From: Schizochytrium sp. TIO01
Lineage: Eukaryota; Protista; Bigyra: Labyrinthulomycetes
Assembly: GCA_004764695.1 (NCBI GenBank)
Contig: SMSO01000033.1
Coordinates: 1,922,001-1,986,000 of the forward strand
Direction of reading: 5' to 3'
DNA length: 64,000 bases
Part shown: positions 33,833-43,623 of the stretch, in pieces
How positions within the stretch are numbered: the stretch's first letter is position 1
How the letters are laid out: each line of letters begins with the position of its first letter
The notes under the pieces: model-generated
The model's input: the letters and a program-made list of their open reading frames with translations, nothing else
What the model was told of the DNA's origin: nothing
Database searches by the model: none
Position numbers and translations under genes: made by a program

Positions 33833-35848
33833 ATGGCAAAGGTGACGTTTGCTTCGAACACAGCCTCGACCCTGACTGAAAATGAGAGTAAGCAACTAGA
33901 TCAGTTGACAATGCAGAACCAGTACCATGAAAAGGACCGACAAGAGAACCTGTCAATACCTGTAGAGGGCAACCTTAAAACCTCGAGCACTTGCAGTGCT
34001 GCAAAGAAAGCCATGCCTCGCTGGGCCAAAGTATGCGAGGAGATTCAAGAGACAGAACAACGATACGCAGATTACTTGCACGTACTTGTAGACCACTTCA
34101 TCCCGGCGATCGCAAGTTTTCAACATGAAAATGCCACGTCTCGCCAAATATTTGGTAATGTGGAGCAGCTGCTTGCCTTTAGTGCAGAGTTTCAACGGGC
34201 TCTCAAAGAGGCTTTAGAAGCAGGAAAAGTCGGAGCGCTATATCTGCGTATTGCTCCATATTATCGCTTGTACTCAGACTACTGCAGCAATCATGCCGAA
34301 GCCGTAAAGCTTGTATGCGGTCTTTCAAGAGACAATGCTAGCTTTCGCTCTAAGGTGAGATCATGTGAGCAAGCATATGGCAATGGTCAGACATTGCTCT
34401 CTTTAATGATCATGCCAATTCAACGTGTACCACGTCACATTCTGCTTCTAGAGCAGTTGTGCAAAGCGTTGCCACCTGAGGACCCTGATTTGCTCGCATG
34501 CCGTGATGCGCTCTGTCAGATGCAAGAAGTAGGACAGCAGATTAATGAAAGTATTCGCAAAAAAGAAAATGCAGTTAAGGTTTGGGAAGTCCAAAACAGT
34601 CTACTTCTTTATGACATTCACGACGATGACTTGGAGCCAGAACAAAGCCCAATCGCGCAGGATGGGAAACTTTCACTTTTCGAAACTAATCGTGTATTTG
34701 TTCGAGAGGGAGAGCTTTTCAAGGTCTGCAATCGCAAATTTAAAAAACGGCGGAAGTTTTTTTTATTTAACGACTGTCTGATATACGCTCGCCCAGTTTC
34801 TGCCATGGGTCTTCGTGGGAAGAAAAAATGGCAATTCAGGAGTCTTCTTCAGGTCGTGCGGGTTGAAGATCTTCCTGATTCATCATCCTTATCCCTTGGA
34901 GCTGCAAATGCTTTCTCAATAATAGCCACATCAAGACGTGTTGTATGTATTGCTGAGACACCGGAAGATAAGAAAGCATGGATAGTCGCACTTCGTGCGA
35001 ATCTGGTTCACCTTTGTACGCGTATACGGCAGGATTCTGGTGCTTCGTCGCGTGCTCCATCACCAGAACGCCTTATTTCCGACACCACGGCAGGTGACTG
35101 CACTACGCAACACACTTCCTCTTCAGATGATGAAGGTAGCTTGGTCTTTCATGATGTTACGGACGACGAGGACACAGAGGATGATGAGGAGACGGATATT
35201 GAAGACGAGGAGGCTATTCTTGCTCGAATCGAGGATACTCTAGACAGCTATGAACCTTTTATCAAAGCGAGCCACTCAACCATAGCCTCCCAAGCCATGA
35301 CTTGGGAGGAGTATGCAAAACAAAGTCGTACCCGTATCATGAACATTCTTCAATCCCTAGAAAGTATCAAGTACCTCATGTCTTTTGCCGGTTATGCGCG
35401 AGTCTTTGCAGTTACTGCACGTACCTTGCTAGGCTATATCAATTCGGAGATTCAACAAACGAAAATTTCTGCGCATGCTAAACTAATCTGGTTCGCACAA
35501 TGCTACGAAATGGCGAAAATAAGCCCTCCAACTAGTATATTGCAGCACCTTGGAGTGTGGACTCAAAGTGTCTTGTTGTGGCAATTACAGAGCATGAAAG
35601 ACCAAGCAGTTATGCTTTGGTCATCACGTTTTGCTTTAGCCTATTCTTCTCGCGTTATGATGGCGATTTCTTGGGCCCACATGCAAGGACTCAAGGAGCA
35701 CCTAGGTAATGTTGAAACAGATATGTGGCACAACAGAATTAAGGAGACTTGGGGTTTAGTGCATCATCACATTCAGCGTTGGAAGGCCGAATTCTTTCCA
35801 AAACGAACTGACGGGCTAGATAAGGAAGATCCAGTCGAAGCTCAATAA
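33833..35848 (+). CDS. Dbl-family RhoGEF (DH-PH) protein
   Basis: DH: EEIQETEQRYADYL, IFGNVEQL, YSDYCSNH, LMIMPIQRVPRHILLLEQL. PH: RVFVREGELFK, FFLFNDCLIYA, AETPEDKKAWI. Followed by an acidic tract and an unrecognised C-terminal region. Confidence 0.93.
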   Translation: MAKVTFASNTASTLTENESKQLDQLTMQNQYHEKDRQENLSIPVEGNLKTSSTCSAAKKAMPRWAKVCEEIQETEQRYADYLHVLVDHFIPAIASFQHENATSRQIFGNVEQLLAFSAEFQRALKEALEAGKVGALYLRIAPYYRLYSDYCSNHAEAVKLVCGLSRDNASFRSKVRSCEQAYGNGQTLLSLMIMPIQRVPRHILLLEQLCKALPPEDPDLLACRDALCQMQEVGQQINESIRKKENAVKVWEVQNSLLLYDIHDDDLEPEQSPIAQDGKLSLFETNRVFVREGELFKVCNRKFKKRRKFFLFNDCLIYARPVSAMGLRGKKKWQFRSLLQVVRVEDLPDSSSLSLGAANAFSIIATSRRVVCIAETPEDKKAWIVALRANLVHLCTRIRQDSGASSRAPSPERLISDTTAGDCTTQHTSSSDDEGSLVFHDVTDDEDTEDDEETDIEDEEAILARIEDTLDSYEPFIKASHSTIASQAMTWEEYAKQSRTRIMNILQSLESIKYLMSFAGYARVFAVTARTLLGYINSEIQQTKISAHAKLIWFAQCYEMAKISPPTSILQHLGVWTQSVLLWQLQSMKDQAVMLWSSRFALAYSSRVMMAISWAHMQGLKEHLGNVETDMWHNRIKETWGLVHHHIQRWKAEFFPKRTDGLDKEDPVEAQ

Positions 35849-36351
35849 CGCAACTATAGGCAAGTCAGTTTATGTCATACGTTGAAATGCATTCCGCATT
35901 TTGATTGACCTGATTGATATTACTTTGAAAATGCAGAAACTGAAAGTAAAGATAATTGTACTTCAACATTATATTTCGAAGTTATTAACTGTTTGAAAAA
36001 GCGTGTTACAACTTGTAAACAGGGCGCGGACTTCTAGCCCGGATAAGAGAACTGATGTTTCTTTCTTTGAATTCCTCTGTGGCAGACCTCATCATTCGTT
36101 GATACCTCATATACAAGTACAATCTTAACTGTTGAACCAATTGAAAACTCTCTCTGAAAGACAGCGAACTTTTGAGACAACTACTCAAGACCATGCTCTT
36201 GGAACTACTGTATCGGCCAAGCCTTTGTTATATTTATTAATTTCAATATTTTCATGATAAGTATGCAGTCGTAAAATTGATTCGTGTCAAATATCGATTA
36301 ATCATCTCTAATTGCTGTTTATTAGACTATACAAACTGTCGAAAAAGATAA

Positions 36352-38023
36352 TTATGTATTTTTTCCTAAAGATGTCATTTCGACAAGACGGGAAGCCAGA
36401 CGTTTCGATGCCATGCGCATTTCCTTGAGTGAGAAAAGCTCATCAGAAGATTCCGCGCTCGAACCATGATGCGATACATCGTTTGAGGAATCTGTCAATT
36501 GAACAAGCTCAGTTGGCGGGGCCTCTGCAAGGAGAACAATGTTGACGCCACGGTCATACATCTGATCCACAAGTGTGATGAATCGCCGCGTCGCATTATG
36601 GTTACTAAACCCAAGCTTCGGGACGTTCTCAATCATGATTGTGTCAAAAGTCTCGCAAAGTGCTTTAAAATCTGCAGCTCCCATCACAGGTTCGCGATCG
36701 TTGCAAAGCTCGTCAAACTCAAATCTACATACATCCTCAGAACAAGCTTTTGCAGTAACTTGTCGGCCAAAAGCCACGGGCACAGTACGAGAAGATAAAA
36801 CCTTTCCATCAGTGAGAGCAGCAAAGATGGCATCAAAACGCTCCTTATTTTCGATTGTGATAGGCGAGAGAACGCGATCTTCCATGACATCGGTACCATG
36901 TATAAGTCTGTAGTCAGTAGATGAGTCCATGTCAACTACTTTGCATTGGCTTGTAAGAATGTTAATAAAGGGTGCAAAGTAAAAGTAGTTTAGACCATCT
37001 TTGTACAATTCTTCTGGTGCTGTATTTGAGGTAGCTACAACAACGACGCCATGCTGAAACATTACACCAAAAAGGTGCTTGAGGATCAAAGCGTCTACAA
37101 CGTCGTTCACCACAAATTCGTCGAATGCTAATAAAGTATGCTCATTAGCAAGCTGCTCAGCCACTTGCGTGATACCATCGCTCTCAGCAGTGCCACGGCG
37201 GACTTTAATTAATTCCACCTGCTCTTTCTGCTCAGAGTTAGTCTCACCACAAGCATTCGCCTGGGCACGAAGACGCTCCCGCTCCTCCTGAGTCTTTTTA
37301 AGAGCCTCTTCCTCTGCAGCGATGCGAGACCTCTCTTCTACTTTCCACTTATGAATGCGCTGATGAACATCAATCATAAATTCATGCAAATGCACGCGGC
37401 GCTTTAACTTGATGTCGGTGGTCTCGAAAAACATGTCCATAAGAACTGTTTTCCCTGTACCTACGTGACCATGTATATAAAGGCCGCGAGGCTTTCGAGG
37501 AGGTTGCGGCGGAGCTTCCTCACGCGCATCATTTACTCCATGGGTCTCATCATTGTGAATACTGATGTGGCCGTTATCATTGCTAGATAAAGGCTTGTTC
37601 ACAGAACTCCCAACATTTGGATTTCCTGTCTTGTCCTCGCTGATTAGAGAGGTTGAATTTGGGTGAAGCTGTGCTTGAGCTAATCGCAGAGCATATTGTT
37701 GCTTCTCCTTTCGGAACAATTCAAGTTTGTTTTCGTAGGGTCCAAGTCGTTGTTGGAGACCTTCGAGCAAGCTCACCACAGACGCCTACTTATACAAGCG
37801 TGTGACTCCACAAGGCATATCACACCGCGAAGGGCCGGAAGGTAAGATTGAGATTGATCATTCGCGCGGTAGCAAGTGGTTTTTGGCAGCAGAGTTTCGC
37901 ATTGGTTAGTATAGATGGGTGAATCGTGTACGTGAATGTGATTATGCTGTTCATAGAACGTACTTGGCGAGGATCTGGCCTAAGCAAACCTTGTCGAAGC
38001 GTGTTCTCATAGAAGCGCTTCAT
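36352..38023 (-). CDS. AFG1: AFG1/LACE1/ZapE-family ATPase; two exons (38023-37964 and 37785-36352)
   Basis: PRGLYIHGHVGTGKT (Walker A), RRVHLHEFM, LLAFDEF (Walker B), VATSNTAPEELY, ATRRFITLVDQMYD, SRLVEM. A phase-0 GT-AG intron 37963-37786 joins MKRFYENTLRQGLLRPDPRQ to ASVVSLLEGL, restoring the family's N-terminal Y..D..Q motif. Confidence 0.9.
37786..37963 (-). other. Spliceosomal intron (178 nt) in the AFG1-like gene
   Basis: Donor CAA|GTACGT, acceptor AAGTAG|GCG; the join is in frame. Confidence 0.8.
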
Positions 38024-38482
38024 GGTCTCAGTAATTCAAAGTTTGAACGAACTAATATTATTACCATTGATAGTACTAACTACTATTATAGTTACCAAGG
38101 ACGATAGCAGCTAATTTTTAAATATATTTTTTAATTTCAAGATACTCTTCCGCGTTAGAGACCAATAGTATAAAGTACTTTGCGCAACCCCAAATGCTCA
38201 ATAGGCCTCTGTCAACCATTCGCCAGCGACATTAATTTTTCGTTGGGACACACTAGACCAAGAGTACAGAACCGACGAAAAGTGTATAATCCTCGACCAG
38301 CATCCATGGACATGTACTCATAAATTAAATCATAAAGGATATGGAGTTATGTAAATGACCTCAAGAATGAGGCCTTATAATATTCGTATCTTTCATTTCA
38401 AAAATGAAAATACAAATGTACTATTGTTCGATATGAATTTATACACTCTTTAGCATGCTAAGGAGTAATATGCTATGTTTTT

Positions 38483-39682
38483 CTAGCGATGCTGAGCCAT
38501 AGATAGCGCGGAGTCAAAGTATGCTGCAAGCTTTGCTGAGTTGTCTACCTTTGTACGACCCTCAGCATCTTTGTAAATTCTCAGGTCGCCTGGATTTTCT
38601 TCTTGCCCATTTGCATAGACGTGGCGGTAGAAACAACTTGTTCCAAATGGGCAGGTTGCCTTACCTTGATCAAAATAGCGGCATGGAATCTTTTTCATTC
38701 CACGTTGGTAATCCTCAATTAAAGCGTTCTTTCGTGCAGGGTCTCGCACCATGCGATCACAAGGAACAACGAAGAATGAAGGCTCACGACACAAGGGGCA
38801 GCGTCTCACAAGCTCTTTTCGGTTGTCACCTTTGGAGACCTCGCTTGATCGCCAATTCTTTATACAAGAAAGGCAAAATGCGTGGTCACATCCTGTCAGT
38901 ATTCCAAATCTGCCGTCATTGTTCTCCACAATAGTTTCCAGACAAATGCCGCACTCTAGTTCGCTTGAAGTCTGGCGCTCGAACTGATCCATAACAGCTT
39001 CAAGTTCAGTCACCTGAGTGGCAGGCGCAGGGTGCGAATATCGGCATTTATTACCAAAGTGGCATTCGCCACGCATAAAAAAGCGGCACGGAACTTTAGA
39101 GCTAGTAACGAAGCCACTAGGCTGATCCTTCGTTGCTATAACCTCCCTCTGAGCAAGATCTGCCCAGTCAGGGCTAGGACCTGTTTTAAATTTAGCACTG
39201 GATGCTGGAAGATGGTGTTCTTTCTCAGCAGCCGAGAGATCACCGTAAAAGTACATGTCTTCGTCTCGTTGCTCAAGCTGGGCATGGTACTCAGCTTGCG
39301 TCATGGTCCTGTTGTTTGCATCATCTTTTAAGGTATCATCGCTGGAACCACCAGCTTCGCTCCCTACAGGAGGCTTGATCTCGGAATGCATAATGATTTT
39401 CGGAGTAGCAACCTTTGCATGCCCGTGGTATGCACGCTCTAATTTTTCCTTTTGCTTTTGATCTACTGCGTCTTGATCATGAACATTGAGACAGAAACGT
39501 CCATTGCGGCAAAATCCCTTTGATAGAAAGTGTTTGCATGGCTCTGCGAGGGCTCCAGGTTTGCATAGGTTTCGGTCGTGGCTAAATTTACAATCTTCAC
39601 CTTTTGCATGTTGGCACGTACCCATAATAAAAAACTGGCATGGCAGCTTACGCGATGCCCGTGTCTGGTGATTTTCAGACAT
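38483..39682 (-). CDS. MKRN: Makorin-family RING E3 ligase
   Basis: Three CCCH fingers, then RING CGICLE..RFGILTGCDHAFCLSCIKNWR..CPLCR, then C-terminal CCCH IPCRYFDQGKATCPFGTSCFYRH. Confidence 0.95.
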   Translation of the reverse strand: MSENHQTRASRKLPCQFFIMGTCQHAKGEDCKFSHDRNLCKPGALAEPCKHFLSKGFCRNGRFCLNVHDQDAVDQKQKEKLERAYHGHAKVATPKIIMHSEIKPPVGSEAGGSSDDTLKDDANNRTMTQAEYHAQLEQRDEDMYFYGDLSAAEKEHHLPASSAKFKTGPSPDWADLAQREVIATKDQPSGFVTSSKVPCRFFMRGECHFGNKCRYSHPAPATQVTELEAVMDQFERQTSSELECGICLETIVENNDGRFGILTGCDHAFCLSCIKNWRSSEVSKGDNRKELVRRCPLCREPSFFVVPCDRMVRDPARKNALIEDYQRGMKKIPCRYFDQGKATCPFGTSCFYRHVYANGQEENPGDLRIYKDAEGRTKVDNSAKLAAYFDSALSMAQHR

Positions 39683-40639
39683 TGTGGTTGAACTGGGTGG
39701 AGGGCGTTCTTGTGGTTCTGGTAATCACGATCGTCTAGCTTCTTTTACCAAGAGTGCTTCTTTCTTTTCGAGGGGGTGATTGAGCACCTACTCCAGGTCT
39801 TTACAGATTGACCCTTGTTTTCTAGTCTTTCTTCTCACGTTTTGCTGCTTTGCTAGCGAGAAATGGCTGGGAAGGCATTGTGGCTCTGAGCTGGGTTTAT
39901 GATTACCATTAGTATCAATTTTATCACTTTTCTCCCTTTAAAAGTATTTAAATCTTGGTTTTTCTAAAAACTAAAAATAACTTTTAAGTTTAAGTTTAAA
40001 ATAGAATAAATTGGTATTTACTCTTATATATTTTTTTAAATATAGAATATTGCTGGCGTACCTTTCCAACTTGCAATAAATAAATAGAGAAGAAGGAGCG
40101 GCTTTTCTTTCACTTACTACCCACTAGTATTATTAGTAGCAGTCATATTACTATTACGACTACTTTGATAGGTGGTCGCCGGCTAGAAACAATGCTTTTA
40201 GAAATTCAAGTCAAAGCAATGCCAGAAGGTCCACAGTACAACTGCTTGATGATTACTTTTGATTCGAACTGTTGTTTTTCAGGCCTCCCTATTCTTTTCA
40301 ACAACAACAACAACAGTAAAAACATCAACAACAACAAGAGAGAAACTTCTTAATGCATTCCTCTTTAATCATCATTGGCCCACATCTATTAGCTACTTAC
40401 TACCTACCCATAGGTAGTAAGTAGTATTAGCAAGGATGCCCTCACAGACAGGCAGAAGCTTGAAGACAAAGTCTCGTGGTGGGCAGGTTTATTAGTAAAG
40501 CCCAGAGGTCACTCAAGCTCTGGCGCAGAGAGCCTCGAGAGGACAGTGCTTTGAGACAGAAGTTGCTTTTGTTGCCTACTGAGCAGCAGAGAGTAACAGG
40601 CAGCTTGGTTTGAGACAGTGGCTAGTCCAATAACCCTCC

Positions 40640-42100
40640 ATGCTTAGAACTTTAGTGAGTGGTGGCGCTTGGCGCAGGGTACCTCAAGTGACGCGCTCCG
40701 CTGTAGAAAGAAGAAAACCCCTTGGACTTGCAGATGTTCGTGGGTTTGCCAAGTACAAGCGTGTAAACCGTCAAGAGCAAATTGCAAGCCACGTGCGCTA
40801 TGAAAAGCGTCAAAAGGAGATGCACCGCCGTGCTGTTGAAGCAGATCCTATTCCCGATGATGACTATGTGCCAAAGTATATTGCAGATAAGATTCGAAAG
40901 AGCCAACGCGGCCCTGGCAATGTGAAGCTTGGGCGAAAGGATCTTCGCATGGGCTTGACAGAGCTTGATTTGATGAACCTCGAGGCTCCAGATGAGTCCA
41001 TTCCAGCCCGCGTGAAGCTTCACCACAAAGACCTTCTGCGTAAAGGTATTCCCAAGCCTAAAGGACCGAGCCCCGCGTCTACATCCCGTCGACAACAGCG
41101 TGCAGAGTCTCGACTTGAGCAGAGCCTTCAGGAAGCATTTTTAACCCGTGAATTCCGGATGCTCGACTCTGTAACACGAGAGCTTGTCGGCAGTGGTGGA
41201 TTCTCTAGTGTTGAGTGCACACGAGTCAAGGTATCCGGCGACCTCACTAATGTCACCGTATACTGGCGCCCTCCCCTTCATGCCGATTTCACCCCTCTCA
41301 ACGAAGCGGAAATGAAAATCCTTACGCAAGCAGTAGAACGCTCGCAAGGTCAGATCCGCGCAATTGTTGCAAAGCGTATGCAACATTTTCGCGCCCCGTT
41401 TGTAACGATTGAGCTCGATGAATCAGCAACTGGTTTAGAAGAAGATGCTGAGCAGGCACTTCGTGAGATCCTCGAAAAGGAGCGTCAAGCTGTGGCTAGC
41501 CAGATTCCTGAGCTTGCGGATGTGGAATTGCCCCTTTCTCCCATTAACTCGTCGACCTCTAAAACCGCGAGTGGTCACTTGGAAGCTCACAGCGAAACTC
41601 CTTCTTCTGAGGATACCTTTGCCCAACAGAGCGAGGGTGAAGCCTTAGAAAAGGTCATTTCATCTCTGGACAGCCAAGAAAAGGCTGAGATTATGATGGC
41701 TGAGCTGTCAAGCCAAGAGAGTGAGATGCTTAAGGAGGCTATGGAAATGTTCCCGGACATGGAGGAGTATGCTCTGCGAAAGCTCTTGCTTGACAGTCGT
41801 GAGGAAGTCATGACACAGGCTTTGGAAAACACAATGACAAAAATGAAACCTCGCGAGCCTCTTGCTGATGATGACGATGATGACGATGATTTTTACCAGG
41901 ATTCAAGGTTTGCGAGAGGAAATGGCGCGGCTGTTCAACTCCCTTCTGAAGACGAGCTGCCGGAAGAATTTCAAGCGGTCATGAAGGAGCTCCGTACTTC
42001 TATGCCAAATGCCGATGACGAACTTATTAACGAGATCCTCCGTGAGTTGCAGGAAGAATTCGTACGTTCTGGTGCCCCCGGTAATGACAGCAAAAAATAG
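40640..42100 (+). CDS. Ribosome-binding factor A (RbfA)-like protein, probably mitochondrial, with acidic C-terminal extension
   Basis: Arg-rich presequence-like N-terminus (MLRTLVSGGAWRR..VRGFAK). RbfA-like core RRQQRAESRL..VECTRVKVSGDLTNVTVYW..GQIRAIVAKRMQHFRAPFVTIELDES (about 41086-41425). Confidence 0.8.
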   Translation: MLRTLVSGGAWRRVPQVTRSAVERRKPLGLADVRGFAKYKRVNRQEQIASHVRYEKRQKEMHRRAVEADPIPDDDYVPKYIADKIRKSQRGPGNVKLGRKDLRMGLTELDLMNLEAPDESIPARVKLHHKDLLRKGIPKPKGPSPASTSRRQQRAESRLEQSLQEAFLTREFRMLDSVTRELVGSGGFSSVECTRVKVSGDLTNVTVYWRPPLHADFTPLNEAEMKILTQAVERSQGQIRAIVAKRMQHFRAPFVTIELDESATGLEEDAEQALREILEKERQAVASQIPELADVELPLSPINSSTSKTASGHLEAHSETPSSEDTFAQQSEGEALEKVISSLDSQEKAEIMMAELSSQESEMLKEAMEMFPDMEEYALRKLLLDSREEVMTQALENTMTKMKPREPLADDDDDDDDFYQDSRFARGNGAAVQLPSEDELPEEFQAVMKELRTSMPNADDELINEILRELQEEFVRSGAPGNDSKK

Positions 42101-42651
42101 ATGATGAAGAGATATGTAAGATACATGTTCCTTCGAATGAGAAAATTAGAAAAATTAGAAATAGTAAAAGGTGTCTCTCTAGTGACAGCTCCATGATTGT
42201 TGAACAAGTCCTTTCTTGTTTTAATAGTAACTAAAGATATTCCGTTTGTATATGCATATCTATGCACTCCCTCCATATGCAAGAATTTAAATATATATGA
42301 ACGATAAATTGAGAAAAGAATCAGATAAAGTGACAATATCATATTTACCCGACAGATAATTATTGGGATGTAGGAGTAATAACTAGTATGCACCCCCAGG
42401 TAGTCATTATTCTTGTCATCGTAACGTATGTAGACTAACTAATAGCACCTTCTAAAGCATGGGACTAGGAGTAGGCCTAGATCCTAAGGCTCCTGTAATT
42501 AGATATATGGCATACTAGTACTGATAGTAGCAGCAGATTTATCTATATTTTTAATTTAGATGAATCGAAAGAAGGAAAGGAGAGACCAGCTAGGCTTGAC
42601 ACAAAGTCATAACGAACGAGGGTGTAGTGCAGCATACGAATCATCTCGAGG

Positions 42652-43623
42652 ATGAGCGGACGTAGCTTCTTCTCGGGAGAGGAATGGGCCGACTTGTCTC
42701 CCATTCCTATGCCAGAAGATGACGAGGCCTGTGCCCAGATCAACTATGGACCAGAGTTTGCGGAGACGATGGGATATTTTCGCGCGGTGCTTCAAAAAGA
42801 TGAACGCAGTGAACGGGCTTTGAAACTTACAGCAAGGGTAATCGAAGGAAACGCAGCGAACTATACCGCTTGGTTCTACCGCCGGGAGTGTTTGAAGGCT
42901 CTTAATGAGGATCTCCAAGCAGAGCTTGACTTTGCCACGGAAGCTGCTTTCCGATCGCCCAAAAACTATCAAATCTGGTATCATCGCCGTGCAATCATTG
43001 AGCTTCTTAATGACGGCTCTCAAGAGCTTGCGTTTACTGCTGAGGTTTTGGCTGATGACTCAAAGAACTACCATGCGTGGTCTCACCGTCAGTTTGCACT
43101 CCGACACTTTAACCTTTGGGACGGTGAGTTGGAGTTTATTGAAACCCTGCTGGAGGAGGATGTACGTAATAATTCAGCGTGGAATCAGCGGTGGTTTGTT
43201 ATCCAAAACACCACGGGCTTTAAAGACTCTTCTATTCGTGAGAGGGAGCTTTCCTTTGCCTGGAATCTTGCAAAGCTTGCGCCAAACAACGAAAGTCCAT
43301 TCAACTACCTTCGTGGGATCTTGCATTTGCCTGATTTCAAAGAAGAGATGCTAGTTCGCGAATCGATGAAGACAATTCTCAATGCAGTCAAAGAGGCACC
43401 AGAAGACCATCCCAACTCGCGTCACCCTCCTTCACTGCTTGGGTTTTGTGTTGACTTCTTTGCTTTGGTTGGTGAACCCACCATCGCTATTCAGTATTGT
43501 GAAGATTTAGCGTCAAAGTATGATATGATTCGATCGAAATACTGGACATATCGGAAGCAACGCATTTTGAAGTCTGTACCTGAAGTGCCAGCACAGAACC
43601 CAATCCCACCGATTTCTGCCTGA
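42652..43623 (+). CDS. FNTA: Protein farnesyltransferase / geranylgeranyltransferase-I alpha subunit
   Basis: WADLSPIP, YFRAV, ERSERAL and five PPTA repeats (NYTAWFYRR, KNYQIWYHRR, KNYHAWSHRQ, RNNSAWNQRW, NNESPFNYLRG); C-terminal DMIRSKYW. Confidence 0.95.
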   Translation: MSGRSFFSGEEWADLSPIPMPEDDEACAQINYGPEFAETMGYFRAVLQKDERSERALKLTARVIEGNAANYTAWFYRRECLKALNEDLQAELDFATEAAFRSPKNYQIWYHRRAIIELLNDGSQELAFTAEVLADDSKNYHAWSHRQFALRHFNLWDGELEFIETLLEEDVRNNSAWNQRWFVIQNTTGFKDSSIRERELSFAWNLAKLAPNNESPFNYLRGILHLPDFKEEMLVRESMKTILNAVKEAPEDHPNSRHPPSLLGFCVDFFALVGEPTIAIQYCEDLASKYDMIRSKYWTYRKQRILKSVPEVPAQNPIPPISA

